DNA of 64,000 nucleotides from Paludibacteraceae bacterium (GTDB lineage Bacteria; Bacteroidota; Bacteroidia; Bacteroidales; Paludibacteraceae): NCBI GenBank assembly GCA_905236355.1, contig CAJOPG010000134.1, positions 4,595 to 68,594 of the forward strand, read 5' to 3'. Shown piece by piece: positions 1 to 11,300 of this stretch (position 1 is its first letter; each line of letters starts with the position of its first letter). The notes under the pieces were generated by a model. It saw only the letters and a program-made list of their open reading frames with translations, ran no database searches and was not told where the DNA came from. The position numbers and the translations under genes were made by a program.

Positions 1-3000
1 GTTCAATGCCATAAGCAGTGAGGTCAATCTCTGTGGCATCAGCCTGTTTCCAAGACTGCGCATTATCGGTACTTACCAGAACCAGCAAACGGCTGCTGGA
101 AATTTTGTTCGGATCGGTATTATCGCCTTGGAGCGGATGATACAGATAGGTAATATCAAATAGCAACTGTGCATCGTCAGTTATTGCATATTGCGGTGTG
201 ATGAGCCACTTGGTATTTGTCTTGTTATACTCTCCTCCATTATCCCATGAGCATATCTGCTGTGTATTGTCCATCCAGTTATGCCAAAAGTCGGCATTAT
301 GCCAGGAACGAGAAGGATAGTAGGTGCTATTCTGACTCTGCTCTGAAATATTGTAGTTGCCGTTATAGATGGATGCTCCGTTGAATACATCGTTCACCGG
401 AATATTGAGCACAATATTCTCCCAGCAGTTGATTTGAACCGCTGACAATGCGGGTAATGTAGAGAAATCTTCCAGCAACGGCAAATCATATACGCCGCAT
501 AGTGTTCTGAATGTGGCAGGCACGCTCTTGTTGCTCGTTTCGTTTTCGCCGCATACCGTTTGAACGGAAACAGTATAATCGGTTCCGGAAAGCAAACCTG
601 TGAGTGTATAGGGCTGCTCGGTTACATAGATGCTCTCTTCGCCGGTGCCGTCATCATAGTAGATATTCCATGCACTGCCGCCATTTGTCTGCCAGTTCAC
701 AGTTGCCTGATTTTCTTCAATCTGTGTTATCTCCACCTTGGTAGCGGGAACACACGAGGGCAATTGTGTAATCTGAATCGACTTTACACCTACTGTTGCC
801 TGCGAGTTGCCTTTGATAACAAGGAAGTTGCCGGTACCGGAATACGAGTTGGTATAGAACTCAAACTCTTCGGAATCAATATAGAGATAGGATCCGTAGG
901 TACTATTGGTATTCCGCATCTGATAGGTGTAGAGTGTCTCAAAGTCGTCCATACTATTAGGAGCAGAAACCACACCTACATAGATAGGATAGGATGCCGT
1001 GGATGTTACATTCCATACTTCCATTTTTATATCCAGATTGTTGATAGGCGCATCCAGCAAGGGCAATATAGCATATCCGTCCTTCGGAATTGACAGATAA
1101 TTATACTTGTCGGAAGCACCACTCAGTTGCATCTCCGGAGTCTTCACAGCATGTGATGTTGCGGCAACCCCCTGCGAGAGAGTCCAGCATTCAGGTGTTT
1201 CGCCGAACAACTCGGTAAAGGGCACTCCATACGCCTCACAAGCGGTGACAAAATCGTACTCTTTAAAAGTATCTGTAGGTGCACCCACACATATACTGCG
1301 TACATAGAAGGCATACTCGGTATTGGGCTGGAGGCCGCTTATGGTGTAAGTAGGACCGGATGTGATGGTCTCATGTGAGATGAGATCTTCTTCTGCTATT
1401 TCAAACGGATTACTCAGTTTCTTATAGGGCGAAACAACCACCTCGAAATTCTTGAGTTTGCCGCCGTACCATGAGAACGACGCAGAATTGCCACTTACTG
1501 CGGTCAGCTTCACATTCTTGGACTCTGTGCATTCATAATCTTCAATGCTTATGCTGTCAATAGCAACCGGTTCTCCCAATTCGCCCTGCATATACCAGTT
1601 CCACAAAATGTATAGTTGATAAGTTCCGGCCTTCGTTATATCCTTCTTTTCTACTACTTCCACCCACTCACCATCAGTATGGAACACGCGCTGATTATTT
1701 CCGGATGTTCCATTATACGGAATCAGCACATACGACGGATTGCTTTCACTATCCGAAACATAGCTTATGCTGTTGTTTGACAGTGTCTTTATTCCGGAAG
1801 AAGAACCGCCTGTAAATCTAGCTGACGCCGGAACCAACAATACTGCCGGAGCATCTCCGTCATACAGACCGTTGCTCTTGATGCGCATATAGAAGGTGTA
1901 TGAGCCGGGAGCGTCTATCTCTATGGTGCGACGGGCGCGTACAGTACCGAAACCGTCGGGTTTGTAGTAGTGGTAATTCTCACCATCGTCTGATATAAAC
2001 AATGCCTTTTCGCCTGTACCGCCCACTTGGGCTGCATCGCCAATGATGAAGGCATTATGATAGGTCTTCAAATTGAGGTTGTTATTGAACTCCCACAAAG
2101 CATTGTCCTCTGCATCTTCAAATCCAGTATAATACGGGATACCGTGTGCCGCCTTTACCAAATGAACCGATATCGGACCCGTCCAACCGTCATACGAAAC
2201 GGCTCTTACATAGATGTCATAAGAGGTATCTGCTGTAAGTCCGGTCAAAGTATCAGAGGTTGCAGAAATATTCTTCTGTATTCCTTCACCCAAAGCAAAG
2301 CCGCTCTCACCATACTCAACCACCCATTCTTCTACACCCGCCGTATATTCATCAAATGAGAAGGCCGCCCATGTATCACCGAAATCATTCAATGTAAGAT
2401 TATCTACAGGGAATGAAGTCTCAGTGGTTATAAGGAAATTGTCAATCGTTGTAGTATAATTGGAAGTGGTCAAATAGACATACTTGAACTCTTGTACAGA
2501 TTCAAGAACATCACCCACAGGAATTATCACTTTTACAAAACCTGCACCGCCCAGCAGAGTAATTGTCCTTAGCAGTTCGGCATTGGTCACGCCCTCTGCA
2601 TTGTTGGTGGTTGCCAAATAAACGGATAACTCCGTTTGATAGGCAGCAGTTGCAGATGATCCCTGATTCCTTACATCCATACTGATGGTTGCCTTCTTCC
2701 AATCAGCAACACTCAAGGCAGGCGTCATCAATTGGGCACCTTTCGCCAGGTTAAGTGAAACACTACCTCCTTTCTGGTAGGCCGTCGTTGTACTGAGAGC
2801 CCCTGTTGCATTCACTATCGTCCAACCGCAACCTGTTGCCACTGTGGGAGCAGTTACATTCTCCATATAGGGATATTCAAAATCTTCCTTATACGGAAGC
2901 GATGACGCAGGCGCCGACTCTACTGTGGTACGGAAAACAAGCGGCTCGCTCCAGACTGACTGCTTGCCCTCTTTTTCTGCACGCACATACGCTGCATACA

Positions 3001-6000
3001 CCGTGTTGGGCAGAAGACCCGCTACATCAACATAATCGGCAGCTGTCACCACGGTATCAACTACTGCTGCATCATTGTCAACATCGCCGAGACCCCCTTT
3101 CAATAGTCTCACACGGAAACTGATACCCTCTTTATGCGTCATCTGCCAAGAAATGGTTGCTTTGTCGGTAGTGCCATTCTCTTCACGAGCACGATTCTTA
3201 GCCCATACGGCAAACGGCTCTATCAGTTCTTCCGTATCACGCAGTTTGACTGTGATGTTATCCAAATAGAAATTACCGGCACTTAAAGCCCCATTGGACA
3301 GAGCATGTGCCTCCATCGGCCGGATAGCTATATAATGACCAACCTTGTTCTCATTCTCCGGAACATAATTTTCAAAGGTGAAGATATGTTTTATCCACCA
3401 TGTTGAATCATTATTGAAACTGAAATAGCCATATACACGCCTTGCACTATCCTTTTCTGCAGGCAGAACACTTGAGTAGGTGCTCGGATCGGTAGGATCA
3501 TACATCACACCCACATCAAAGTAGTTATAATCCGGATTGGTTAACTTTGCCGTATTGGTGTAGAATTCCAACTGCAACTTCTTGATATCATCCGTCTGGA
3601 ACGGAGGCAGAACCAAATAGTTGGCCTTGTCCTTGGAGGTCTTCATGTGCATACCGTATGTACCCAATGGTTGCGCTAAGGTTGCGCCACCGTTTTGCTG
3701 ATACATAAATATCATACTGTTTTCCTCCCCGCAGGTCATGAAACCGGATGGAACATAAATAATCTGTGCGTCAGTATTAGTGATAACACCTTCCGGCTCT
3801 TCTTCAAAACCATTGAAGTAAGGTAACGGTTTTGCTTTGGTCAAAGTCTTGAAGGTAACGGCATCACTCCAATCGCCTGCACATCCTTCAGCCGGACGAA
3901 CTGACTGAACATATACATAGTAGGTGGTGAGTTCCTCCAAACCGGTAAGTCCCTTTTGAGGAGTATCACTTACCACGCCGTCAAACACATCTGCAGTCTC
4001 TGTAAGATCATTCATTGCTACCGACGACACTTTCAGGTTCCATTGAGTCTCATACGTAGCAGGTTGCCAGGTAATGGCGGCACTGACTGAATCTATATTA
4101 TTCACGCTAATTTGTGTAACTTTTGCACAAGTCGGAATTGCCTCCACCAAAATATCGTCCACAAAGCCGCCTGTATAACTGGTACCGAAACCATAACCTT
4201 CCGTATTCTTGAAGAAATCATAGTCGGCACGGATAGCAATCTTACCCTCTACATCATCCGACAACGACGAGAAGTTCACAACACATTCCGTCCACTGACC
4301 TGTTGCACCCACTATGTTTTGCACAGGAATAAACTCTGTATCAGTCTGCACACCTACACGCACAGCACAATGATACGAAGAATAGGGAGCAAGATAGAAG
4401 GTCAACTGCAAAGTGTTGAGCTGGGCAGGCATCTCAGGCAAATCAATCTGCATCAGTTTGGAACTGGCAGTAGAACCCGCCTGAAATTTCACTATATAGT
4501 GATTTGGATTGGTCGCCGCTACATATCTTGATTCTGCCGGTATTTCCGTCAAACCCTGCCCCATAATATGATCAGGACAAACAGTTGAGCCAAAACTTGT
4601 TCCCGTAGCCGTTGCCAAGGTGGGATTCCCGACACCATTGGCATAACTGATACATGGCGTGAGCCATTTATTGGTGGCATCATACGCAGTAGTCGCACCT
4701 ACATAGTTGAACGACTCAAACCAAGGCAAAGTGATACTTCCACAAGTGGTTTTGAAACTTGTGCCGGCATAGTTGCCTGTCTCCGAACCTGTCTGCGCTG
4801 CCACATACACATAATACATCTTGCTCATGTCAAGTCCCGTTAGTGTGTATGGTTTGCTCGTTGCTGTTACCTCTTTCACAGGAGCGGCCCCTTCTACCGA
4901 CGGATTCAATATGGACGAGTCATATACTTTGATGTCCCACTGCGTGGCATTGCCATTCTCTGTCCACGAAAGCACAGCGCCATCACTGGTAGGCTCTGCT
5001 GTAAGACCGGTTATCGGACAGGGAGAAGACGACAAACCTATGAAAAGATTATCTATGTAATATTGCGCACACTTATACCATGTAGTATTAGTCGTTGGCC
5101 AATCACTGTCAACAGGTTCGGGCACTTCCGCCAAGAGAACCAGATACTCTTCATCAGTTGACACATAATCTGACAATTTCAAGTTAAAGAACTTCGGTTT
5201 CTTCGCCTCATCCAACTCAATTTGACATATCTTCTTGATATCGCTGACTGACGACGGATTTTGGGTGTTGCTGACACCTATCCACAATTTATCAAGATAG
5301 TAGGTGTAAGTCGCAGTAGTAGCATTATTTACATAGGCATAGAACTGCATTACCATATCCTTAGCCTTTGAACCGGTAAACTGCGGCAACACTGCGTATG
5401 CCGTACGCGCATTCACATATATAGAATTCGTTGATGATGCACGCCTAAGTGCTAAATAGCCATTTAATTCCAAACTATTCTTGACAATATCGGCAGGTGC
5501 GCCTGTCCATGCAGTGGTAGTAACATACGCCCCATAGGTAGCAGTGGTTGACTGGAAGTTGCCTGTCACCCAGTTGGCAGGATGATAAGCAGTTCCCGTG
5601 CCGGCAGTTCCAGATGCATTCACTCCGGATGTGAAGTCGTAAAATACAGGCAAGGTTAATGCATCAGGAGTAGTAACGGTTGTGCCCTGCCACTCGCTTT
5701 CTTCACAATTGGCACGAACATATACATAATAAGTGGTATTCTTTGAAAGACCATTGATAGTAGCAGACTGAACCGACACTATCTGATCATACATATCTGC
5801 ACTTGCCGACATATCCGACAATTCAACGGAACTTACTTTAACCTCCCACTCCGTTGCTTTGCCGATTTCGTTCCATGACAAAGCAATAGTAGATATGGAT
5901 TCTGCCACCGCCGCCAGATTCTGCACATTGAAGCATGTAGGCGCCTTCACGAGAGAGATGTTGTCAACATAAGGCGCAAAAGTGGAGGCAGCCGGCAGCG

Positions 6001-8113
6001 TGCGGAAAGTAAGAAACTTGCCCGTCCCTGCATATTTCTCCAGGTTGAGAGCAATATGCTGCCAGCCCGAGGAGGCCTCCGTCGTTAAAGAAATAGTATC
6101 TATCGCCGTAAAGTTGGCACCCTCGTTCTTAAACATCTGTCCGGCACCTTTGTCCCAAGTCTGCTCCTCACTTACGCCTATTACAATCTTCCCGTCAATA
6201 TTGGACGAATGTACATCAAACTCCAACAAACATTCGTTCAGCGCAGGAGCATCGTTTGGCATAGCCGGAAGCATAGCGTATGCCACTCTCGTGCTCAAAC
6301 CACTTAACTGTAATGATGCTGACACATAGTTGCTTCCGCCGGCATCTTCTGATGTGCTTACATAAGCCCAACCTGTTGAGGTCGTCTTCCCGCTGTTATA
6401 AGAATACTCCTCATCGGTATCTACTGTACGACCGCCTACTACCCACCCCAAAGGTACGGCATAACGGTCGTCTGTATAAAACTCGGCATCATACTTGTCA
6501 AACTTCTCCGAATAGGGGAAGGTAATCTCTTTGGCTGTTTTGAAACTGAATTCTTCCGACCACAACAAAGCACCCTGACAAGAACTGTTTACATATACAT
6601 AATAAGTCGTACTCGGGGTCAGACCGGTTACCGTATATGGATTCTGTGTCGTCTCATACAACTCATCCAATTCGGCAACAAAATCTTCGTCAGACAACTG
6701 TGCATTGCTCAAAGCGGTAGGCGAAACAATCACATTCCATGCATTCGCACCCGCACTTTCCGTCCATGAGAGTTTGGCACTCTTGTCGCCTATCTCTGAA
6801 GCCCGCACAAAAATAGGTGCTAAACACTCTTGAGCCGGTTCCAAACGAACATTGTCAATATAGACCTTGTTTGAGGCATTTGCATCACCGCCGCGGAATG
6901 CGATATAACCTCCTTTCCCCTCAAGCGACTTGAGCAGACAGGTAATCTTCACCCACCTATGGGCAGAAGGTAACGAATAGGATGGTCCTTCTTTGAAGTC
7001 CACACCGTCAGGAGCCGCACTCGCTCCTATGGTAATCGACCTGTTTACCGTCCCGTCATCTGTTGCCGCATAGAACGACAATTGATAATCCGATAAGTTG
7101 CCCGAAATATAAGGGATATACAAATATGCAAATTTCCCGCTTGCCGTTGAAAATACATAGGAAGAGGAACCTTCATAAGCATAAGAAGAAGATACACCGA
7201 CTATGTCGCTACTGCCCGTAGAGGGCACCAAGGTCCAGCAAGTGGACAATTCTGCCTCAAAATCTTCTTGAAGAACTTCGCCTGAAAGAATGGAACAGGT
7301 AGTCTTAAAACTCTGCTCTACCCAAGGACCACCAACCGACTCCGTGCAAATATACTGAAGATATACATAATAGGTCGTGTTGGCGGACAAAACTATTCCC
7401 TTATCAGCAAATGAGAAATCAAAGTTCTCCAGTTCCGCATTGTCATAAATATCTGCCTCTTCAACACCGGGATCTGCTAATTGACGGGTCGATACCTTCA
7501 AGTGAGAGAATTCCAAATTGTCGGCATCAGGTGCCACCCAGGCAAGAGTGGCAGAAGAAGAAGTTATCTCTGTCACCTCTTCAAATTCGGGAATATAATT
7601 GCACTCTGCAACCAAACGGTTCGTGATATTCACATTATCCACCTGTATTCCACCCGCAAAGGCAGGACGGGCAGATAGTGCAATCAGGACTTTGTTGCCT
7701 TGTGCGACGGCAGGAAGCAAAACACTCGTTTGAGTTTGATTCTTCTTCACATCGCTCAATTGCAGCAATGTCTGCCACTCGTCATCAGCCTGTTTCTTCC
7801 ACAATATAGACAATGTGTCAGCAATAGAGGTCCCCTCGTAGGGCAATAAAGCATACGAAAGGATAATCTGTGTTTCCTCTACCGGAGTCGTCAGATCGAG
7901 AACCGGCAAAACAAGTGTATCTGCCACATTCTGATCTGTCTTAAATACAGCACACGAGTTCGCAAATTGCCACACTGAACCCGTCTGTGTCCAGCCTTCC
8001 GGCAATGCATTACTCTCAAAGTCCTCTGCCAGAACATTTGTCTGACCATTGGTAACTACTGTCGCAAACAACAACAGACACAAGGTTAACCAACGAGTAA
8101 ACATCTTTTTCAT
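1..8113 (-). CDS. Giant secreted modular surface (adhesin-like) protein, 5' portion only: at least 2703 codons in the window, 3' end lies beyond position 1
   Basis: Not in the supplied ORF track (no stop codon inside the window). Hand translation of the minus strand from ATG 8113-8111 gives MKKMFTRWLTLCLLLFATVVTNGQTNVLAEDFESNALPEGWTQTG..., a signal peptide. I read the frame (first codon bases at positions = 1 mod 3) without stops over 8113-5640, 4620-4560, 3300-3120 and 1320-1. In the window it ends ...VLVSTDNAQSWKQADATEIDLTAYGIE. The largest competing ORF on either strand in 1-8113 is 177 aa. Confidence 0.85.
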   Translation of the reverse strand, partial: MKKMFTRWLTLCLLLFATVVTNGQTNVLAEDFESNALPEGWTQTGSVWQFANSCAVFKTDQNVADTLVLPVLDLTTPVEETQIILSYALLPYEGTSIADTLSILWKKQADDEWQTLLQLSDVKKNQTQTSVLLPAVAQGNKVLIALSARPAFAGGIQVDNVNITNRLVAECNYIPEFEEVTEITSSSATLAWVAPDADNLEFSHLKVSTRQLADPGVEEADIYDNAELENFDFSFADKGIVLSANTTYYVYLQYICTESVGGPWVEQSFKTTCSILSGEVLQEDFEAELSTCWTLVPSTGSSDIVGVSSSYAYEGSSSYVFSTASGKFAYLYIPYISGNLSDYQLSFYAATDDGTVNRSITIGASAAPDGVDFKEGPSYSLPSAHRWVKITCLLKSLEGKGGYIAFRGGDANASNKVYIDNVRLEPAQECLAPIFVRASEIGDKSAKLSWTESAGANAWNVIVSPTALSNAQLSDEDFVAELDELYETTQNPYTVTGLTPSTTYYVYVNSSCQGALLWSEEFSFKTAKEITFPYSEKFDKYDAEFYTDDRYAVPLGWVVGGRTVDTDEEYSYNSGKTTSTGWAYVSTSEDAGGSNYVSASLQLSGLSTRVAYAMLPAMPNDAPALNECLLEFDVHSSNIDGKIVIGVSEEQTWDKGAGQMFKNEGANFTAIDTISLTTEASSGWQHIALNLEKYAGTGKFLTFRTLPAASTFAPYVDNISLVKAPTCFNVQNLAAVAESISTIALSWNEIGKATEWEVKVSSVELSDMSASADMYDQIVSVQSATINGLSKNTTYYVYVRANCEESEWQGTTVTTPDALTLPVFYDFTSGVNASGTAGTGTAYHPANWVTGNFQSTTATYGAYVTTTAWTGAPADIVKNSLELNGYLALRRASSTNSIYVNARTAYAVLPQFTGSKAKDMVMQFYAYVNNATTATYTYYLDKLWIGVSNTQNPSSVSDIKKICQIELDEAKKPKFFNLKLSDYVSTDEEYLVLLAEVPEPVDSDWPTTNTTWYKCAQYYIDNLFIGLSSSPCPITGLTAEPTSDGAVLSWTENGNATQWDIKVYDSSILNPSVEGAAPVKEVTATSKPYTLTGLDMSKMYYVYVAAQTGSETGNYAGTSFKTTCGSITLPWFESFNYVGATTAYDATNKWLTPCISYANGVGNPTLATATGTSFGSTVCPDHIMGQGLTEIPAESRYVAATNPNHYIVKFQAGSTASSKLMQIDLPEMPAQLNTLQLTFYLAPYSSYHCAVRVGVQTDTEFIPVQNIVGATGQWTECVVNFSSLSDDVEGKIAIRADYDFFKNTEGYGFGTSYTGGFVDDILVEAIPTCAKVTQISVNNIDSVSAAITWQPATYETQWNLKVSSVAMNDLTETADVFDGVVSDTPQKGLTGLEELTTYYVYVQSVRPAEGCAGDWSDAVTFKTLTKAKPLPYFNGFEEEPEGVITNTDAQIIYVPSGFMTCGEENSMIFMYQQNGGATLAQPLGTYGMHMKTSKDKANYLVLPPFQTDDIKKLQLEFYTNTAKLTNPDYNYFDVGVMYDPTDPSTYSSVLPAEKDSARRVYGYFSFNNDSTWWIKHIFTFENYVPENENKVGHYIAIRPMEAHALSNGALSAGNFYLDNITVKLRDTEELIEPFAVWAKNRAREENGTTDKATISWQMTHKEGISFRVRLLKGGLGDVDNDAAVVDTVVTAADYVDVAGLLPNTVYAAYVRAEKEGKQSVWSEPLVFRTTVESAPASSLPYKEDFEYPYMENVTAPTVATGCGWTIVNATGALSTTTAYQKGGSVSLNLAKGAQLMTPALSVADWKKATISMDVRNQGSSATAAYQTELSVYLATTNNAEGVTNAELLRTITLLGGAGFVKVIIPVGDVLESVQEFKYVYLTTSNYTTTIDNFLITTETSFPVDNLTLNDFGDTWAAFSFDEYTAGVEEWVVEYGESGFALGEGIQKNISATSDTLTGLTADTSYDIYVRAVSYDGWTGPISVHLVKAAHGIPYYTGFEDAEDNALWEFNNNLNLKTYHNAFIIGDAAQVGGTGEKALFISDDGENYHYYKPDGFGTVRARRTIEIDAPGSYTFYMRIKSNGLYDGDAPAVLLVPASARFTGGSSSGIKTLSNNSISYVSDSESNPSYVLIPYNGTSGNNQRVFHTDGEWVEVVEKKDITKAGTYQLYILWNWYMQGELGEPVAIDSISIEDYECTESKNVKLTAVSGNSASFSWYGGKLKNFEVVVSPYKKLSNPFEIAEEDLISHETITSGPTYTISGLQPNTEYAFYVRSICVGAPTDTFKEYDFVTACEAYGVPFTELFGETPECWTLSQGVAATSHAVKTPEMQLSGASDKYNYLSIPKDGYAILPLLDAPINNLDIKMEVWNVTSTASYPIYVGVVSAPNSMDDFETLYTYQMRNTNSTYGSYLYIDSEEFEFYTNSYSGTGNFLVIKGNSQATVGVKSIQITQLPSCVPATKVEITQIEENQATVNWQTNGGSAWNIYYDDGTGEESIYVTEQPYTLTGLLSGTDYTVSVQTVCGENETSNKSVPATFRTLCGVYDLPLLEDFSTLPALSAVQINCWENIVLNIPVNDVFNGASIYNGNYNISEQSQNSTYYPSRSWHNADFWHNWMDNTQQICSWDNGGEYNKTNTKWLITPQYAITDDAQLLFDITYLYHPLQGDNTDPNKISSSRLLVLVSTDNAQSWKQADATEIDLTAYGIE
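551..7381 (-). repeat. Array of nine diverged tandem protein modules inside the giant CDS (adhesin-like beta-sandwich module plus fibronectin-III-like module), period about 740-920 nt
   Basis: An Fn3-like late-strand signature recurs on the minus strand at about 7358-7381 (NTTYYVYL), 6583-6610 (TTYYVYVNSS), 5712-5738 (TTYYVYVRAN), 4801-4828 (MSKMYYVYVA), 3904-3928 (TTYYVYVQS), 2978-3010 (PNTVYAAYVRAE), 2203-2230 (DTSYDIYVRAV), 1289-1318 (EYAFYVRSIC) and 551-580 (DYTVSVQTVC). Fn3 starts were seen in the translated parts (ATLAWVAPD, AKLSWTESAGANAWNV, IALSWNEIGKATEWEV, ATISWQMTHKEG, ATVNWQTNGGSAWNI). The intervening modules open with EDFE/EDFS-like motifs and close with (V/I/L)DN(V/I), e.g. GGIQVDNVNIT, KVYIDNVRLE, APYVDNISLV, NFYLDNITVK. 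Confidence 0.75.
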
Positions 8114-8314
8114 ACCTTAAATAGTTTTAGTTTGGTTTTTATCTGATTATTCTCTTTTCTTCTAAAAGAAAAAGTCGTTTGTCCGAAACTAACATCCAAA
8201 AAGCACCTCCGCAACTCATTGTATCTCAACAGGGCACTTGGATTCTTTCCATGTTCTTCTAATCACACACGATTATACATCGTAATCAACATAATAGATT
8301 CTACCTTCCCAGCC

Positions 8315-11300
8315 TTATCTTACTTGTATAACAACAACTCTGCCCTTGTCATTCCGAGGCTGAAGCTGCAAAAAATAAATCCCTTTTGACACATTCAACG
8401 AAACAAATGTCTGCCCCTCTTCCAACTGCTGCTGCAACAACAACACACCATCTACACCAACCAAACGCATCATAGCAGATTCCGAAAGACGAATCCTAAC
8501 CGGAACACCCTCGCTCACAACCGTCGGAGTAATTTCTATTTCACTATCAGCCACAGCCGTTGCCACTATCGGACAAGACATTACACCCCGTTCCGCACTA
8601 ATAGTGAACAACTCGACTGAATACTCCGCACCAATCTCCAAACCATCCGGCACATACAGATACGGAGAATCGGCATTGTCAACAGCAACCGCATTCTTAT
8701 ACCATTGATATCGGGCATACTCAGTTTCACTGCTCTTTATTCCTATAACATCGCTCCAACGCTGTGATAACAAAGAAGACGGATATCTCACCATTATTTC
8801 TATAGGCAAAAGCACAGTGCCGTTCTCTTCGCTCTCAAAACGAAGTTGCAGGCTATACCAGCCGGGGATATTCGCAGGAATGGACAACAACATTTCCCCC
8901 TCTTGTAATGTGAATACAAACACCGTGTCCCTCCAACCTGCTACAATTGCTTCTTCAGAGAATTCCACCTTGCATCCGGATGCAGTGCCCGATGTCACCT
9001 TATAGGGAATGGCAACCGTTTTCTCATCACCACAGGGCATCAGTACTGAATCTGCCACAACCCTCAAGCGGGGAACCACTGTCAGATTCACGGTAAGCAC
9101 ACTGTCACAGCCTGCAGTTGACACAAAATTGTAAGTGTATGTATCAGTCTGTGTCATTGCCACTCCATCACACCAAAGCGTATCCCCTTCGGCAAGAACA
9201 GTGTCAAGCCTGACTTCAATCTTATCTACAAACTTTATCTTTAACTGATGAACACTGTCACAACCGGCAATGGTCTTCCCCTCCGTTATAATAGTAGTGT
9301 CGGAGGATATCATTCGGCTCTGATACACATAGAAGTCCCCCGCACAAAGCTGTATGGAATCAGTAACAACAGTATCACTTATGGCTGGTATTACCAACTC
9401 CAAATACTGAGTGCTGTCACACAATCCCACCGCAGCCCTCAAAGAAACAAGATAACGACCACCCGTCGCCGGAACGGATATCTCCGGCTCCCAATCGTAT
9501 GTCTGGGAACCCAACTCGCCCAAATCCCATAATACATAATCGGGCCTCGCCTCCGTATCTATATATCTGTCCTCTTTTATTATCTTGGTACGGATATGAC
9601 TCGTGTTTACCAACCTTACTATATTCTTGCAATCCTTCTGCTGCAAGGAATAAGAAATCTCCGGTATAGGAAAACGAGGAGTAGCACAAGCCGTCAGCAC
9701 AAACGAACAACCGGCATCAGTCGGATAAATACATTCTACGGCATAATGAGTGGTATCGTCATAAGCCACAGGGAAAATGCGTTGATCTGCATTTGCTAGC
9801 TTTTCTGACGGGTTGGTTTCCTTATACCAGTGATATTTGAACCCTTCGGGGGCTATGAACTGCTCTGTAAGATTATTCCCGCATTGGATACCTTCAATAC
9901 CGCCTTTAATACAATTAAGTGTAAAATAGGCATAACCATAGTGAACGGAAGCCGTACACCCGTAAGCGGAAAGAACCACTTGAATATGCCGCCCGTCATA
10001 CTCTGCCAAATTAAGACCTATTGTTGTCCAGTCTTTCCATATTACCTTACTGTCCCCGTCTTCAATCGTCCCAAAATACCAACCTTCCTTCTTTGCATTA
10101 AGCAAAGTGGCGGCAAAATCAACTGTTGTGCAATGGCTCAATGCCTCTCCGGTTTCCGCATCCACAATATCCAATGTAAAACGAGGCTGCTGCAACTCAT
10201 CATGAGTGGGCACCTGCAACACTACTGCATACTTCAATATCAAATTGGAGGCATCCGCTTTGTCCACCACATAATCGTAAGTAACCCGCGCCACTCGGGC
10301 ATTCTCCTCCGATTTACCAGCCACGGAAGCAGGACGACCACGCCAACCATTGATACGCACAGAGGCTATCTCACCCTCAGGAATAGTGCGAAGCGGGTTC
10401 ACATCGTTCCCATCCTCATCCTTGCTGTTATAGGTGCGGGCATCATACTCGCCGGGAAGATAATGAATAGTATGGTATGAATATGAAGCCGCATAACCAT
10501 AGTCCAACTTACCCGGTTTATACTTGTTCTTTGTGTAATCAGATGCCGTCGAATCAGAATAAGAACAATTGTCATCCGTCAGGTCAAGGTAATTGAAACA
10601 ATTGGAATCATACACAATTACCGGCGGAAACGCATACCAAACACTTGTATCACCCTGACAATATACCTGCAAACTGACATTATACACACCATGCTGCAAA
10701 GGAACCGTCACAGAAGAACCGATAATGTCGTCTATCACTTGATATTCGTTCTCATCCAAACGACTATATCTCAAAGCAAACCTCTCTGCAGACGAGTGCC
10801 AGGAAAAAGTTGCCATCGTACCATGCATATTAACTTCCAAATCAGTCGGCCGCCCGCAATTGTTCCGGGCTATTTGAATATTATCTATACAAGCACCGGG
10901 AAGTAATACCGCAGCAGTACTTGTGGTACGCCAAACGAAAAGCAAACGGTGGGGTGTTCCATCTGATGTTAAAGAAGACATACCATGCTGCCACGCAGAA
11001 GAGCCATACAAAGTATCTACCCCCTGCAACTCCAATTCATTATCCGTTATCCATTTGCGCCCTGAAATGGTCGAATTGCTGCCACATACAAAATCGTCAA
11101 AATAGCTCTCCGGAACCCAGCATACCTTTATGTAAGAACCCGGTGTACCCATACTGCGCCAGTCAAACACAATATCATAATTTCCGCTCTCCAATGTCAA
11201 TTCTCTCCATGCTATCATAATCTGATTGGTCTGCGCATAAGAAGCCGTCACACCACCATCTGAAGAAATATACAAACTATTCGTTCCTCCATTGCTGACC

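Noticed and set aside
181-7678. About 15 short track ORFs (60-177 aa, both strands) scattered over 1-8113, e.g. 560..1093, 2027..2359, 4112..4531, 5982..6329
   Set aside because: All lie inside, and out of frame with or antisense to, the continuous giant minus-strand frame. Their translations are low-complexity or Cys/His/Arg-rich shadow sequences with no motifs.
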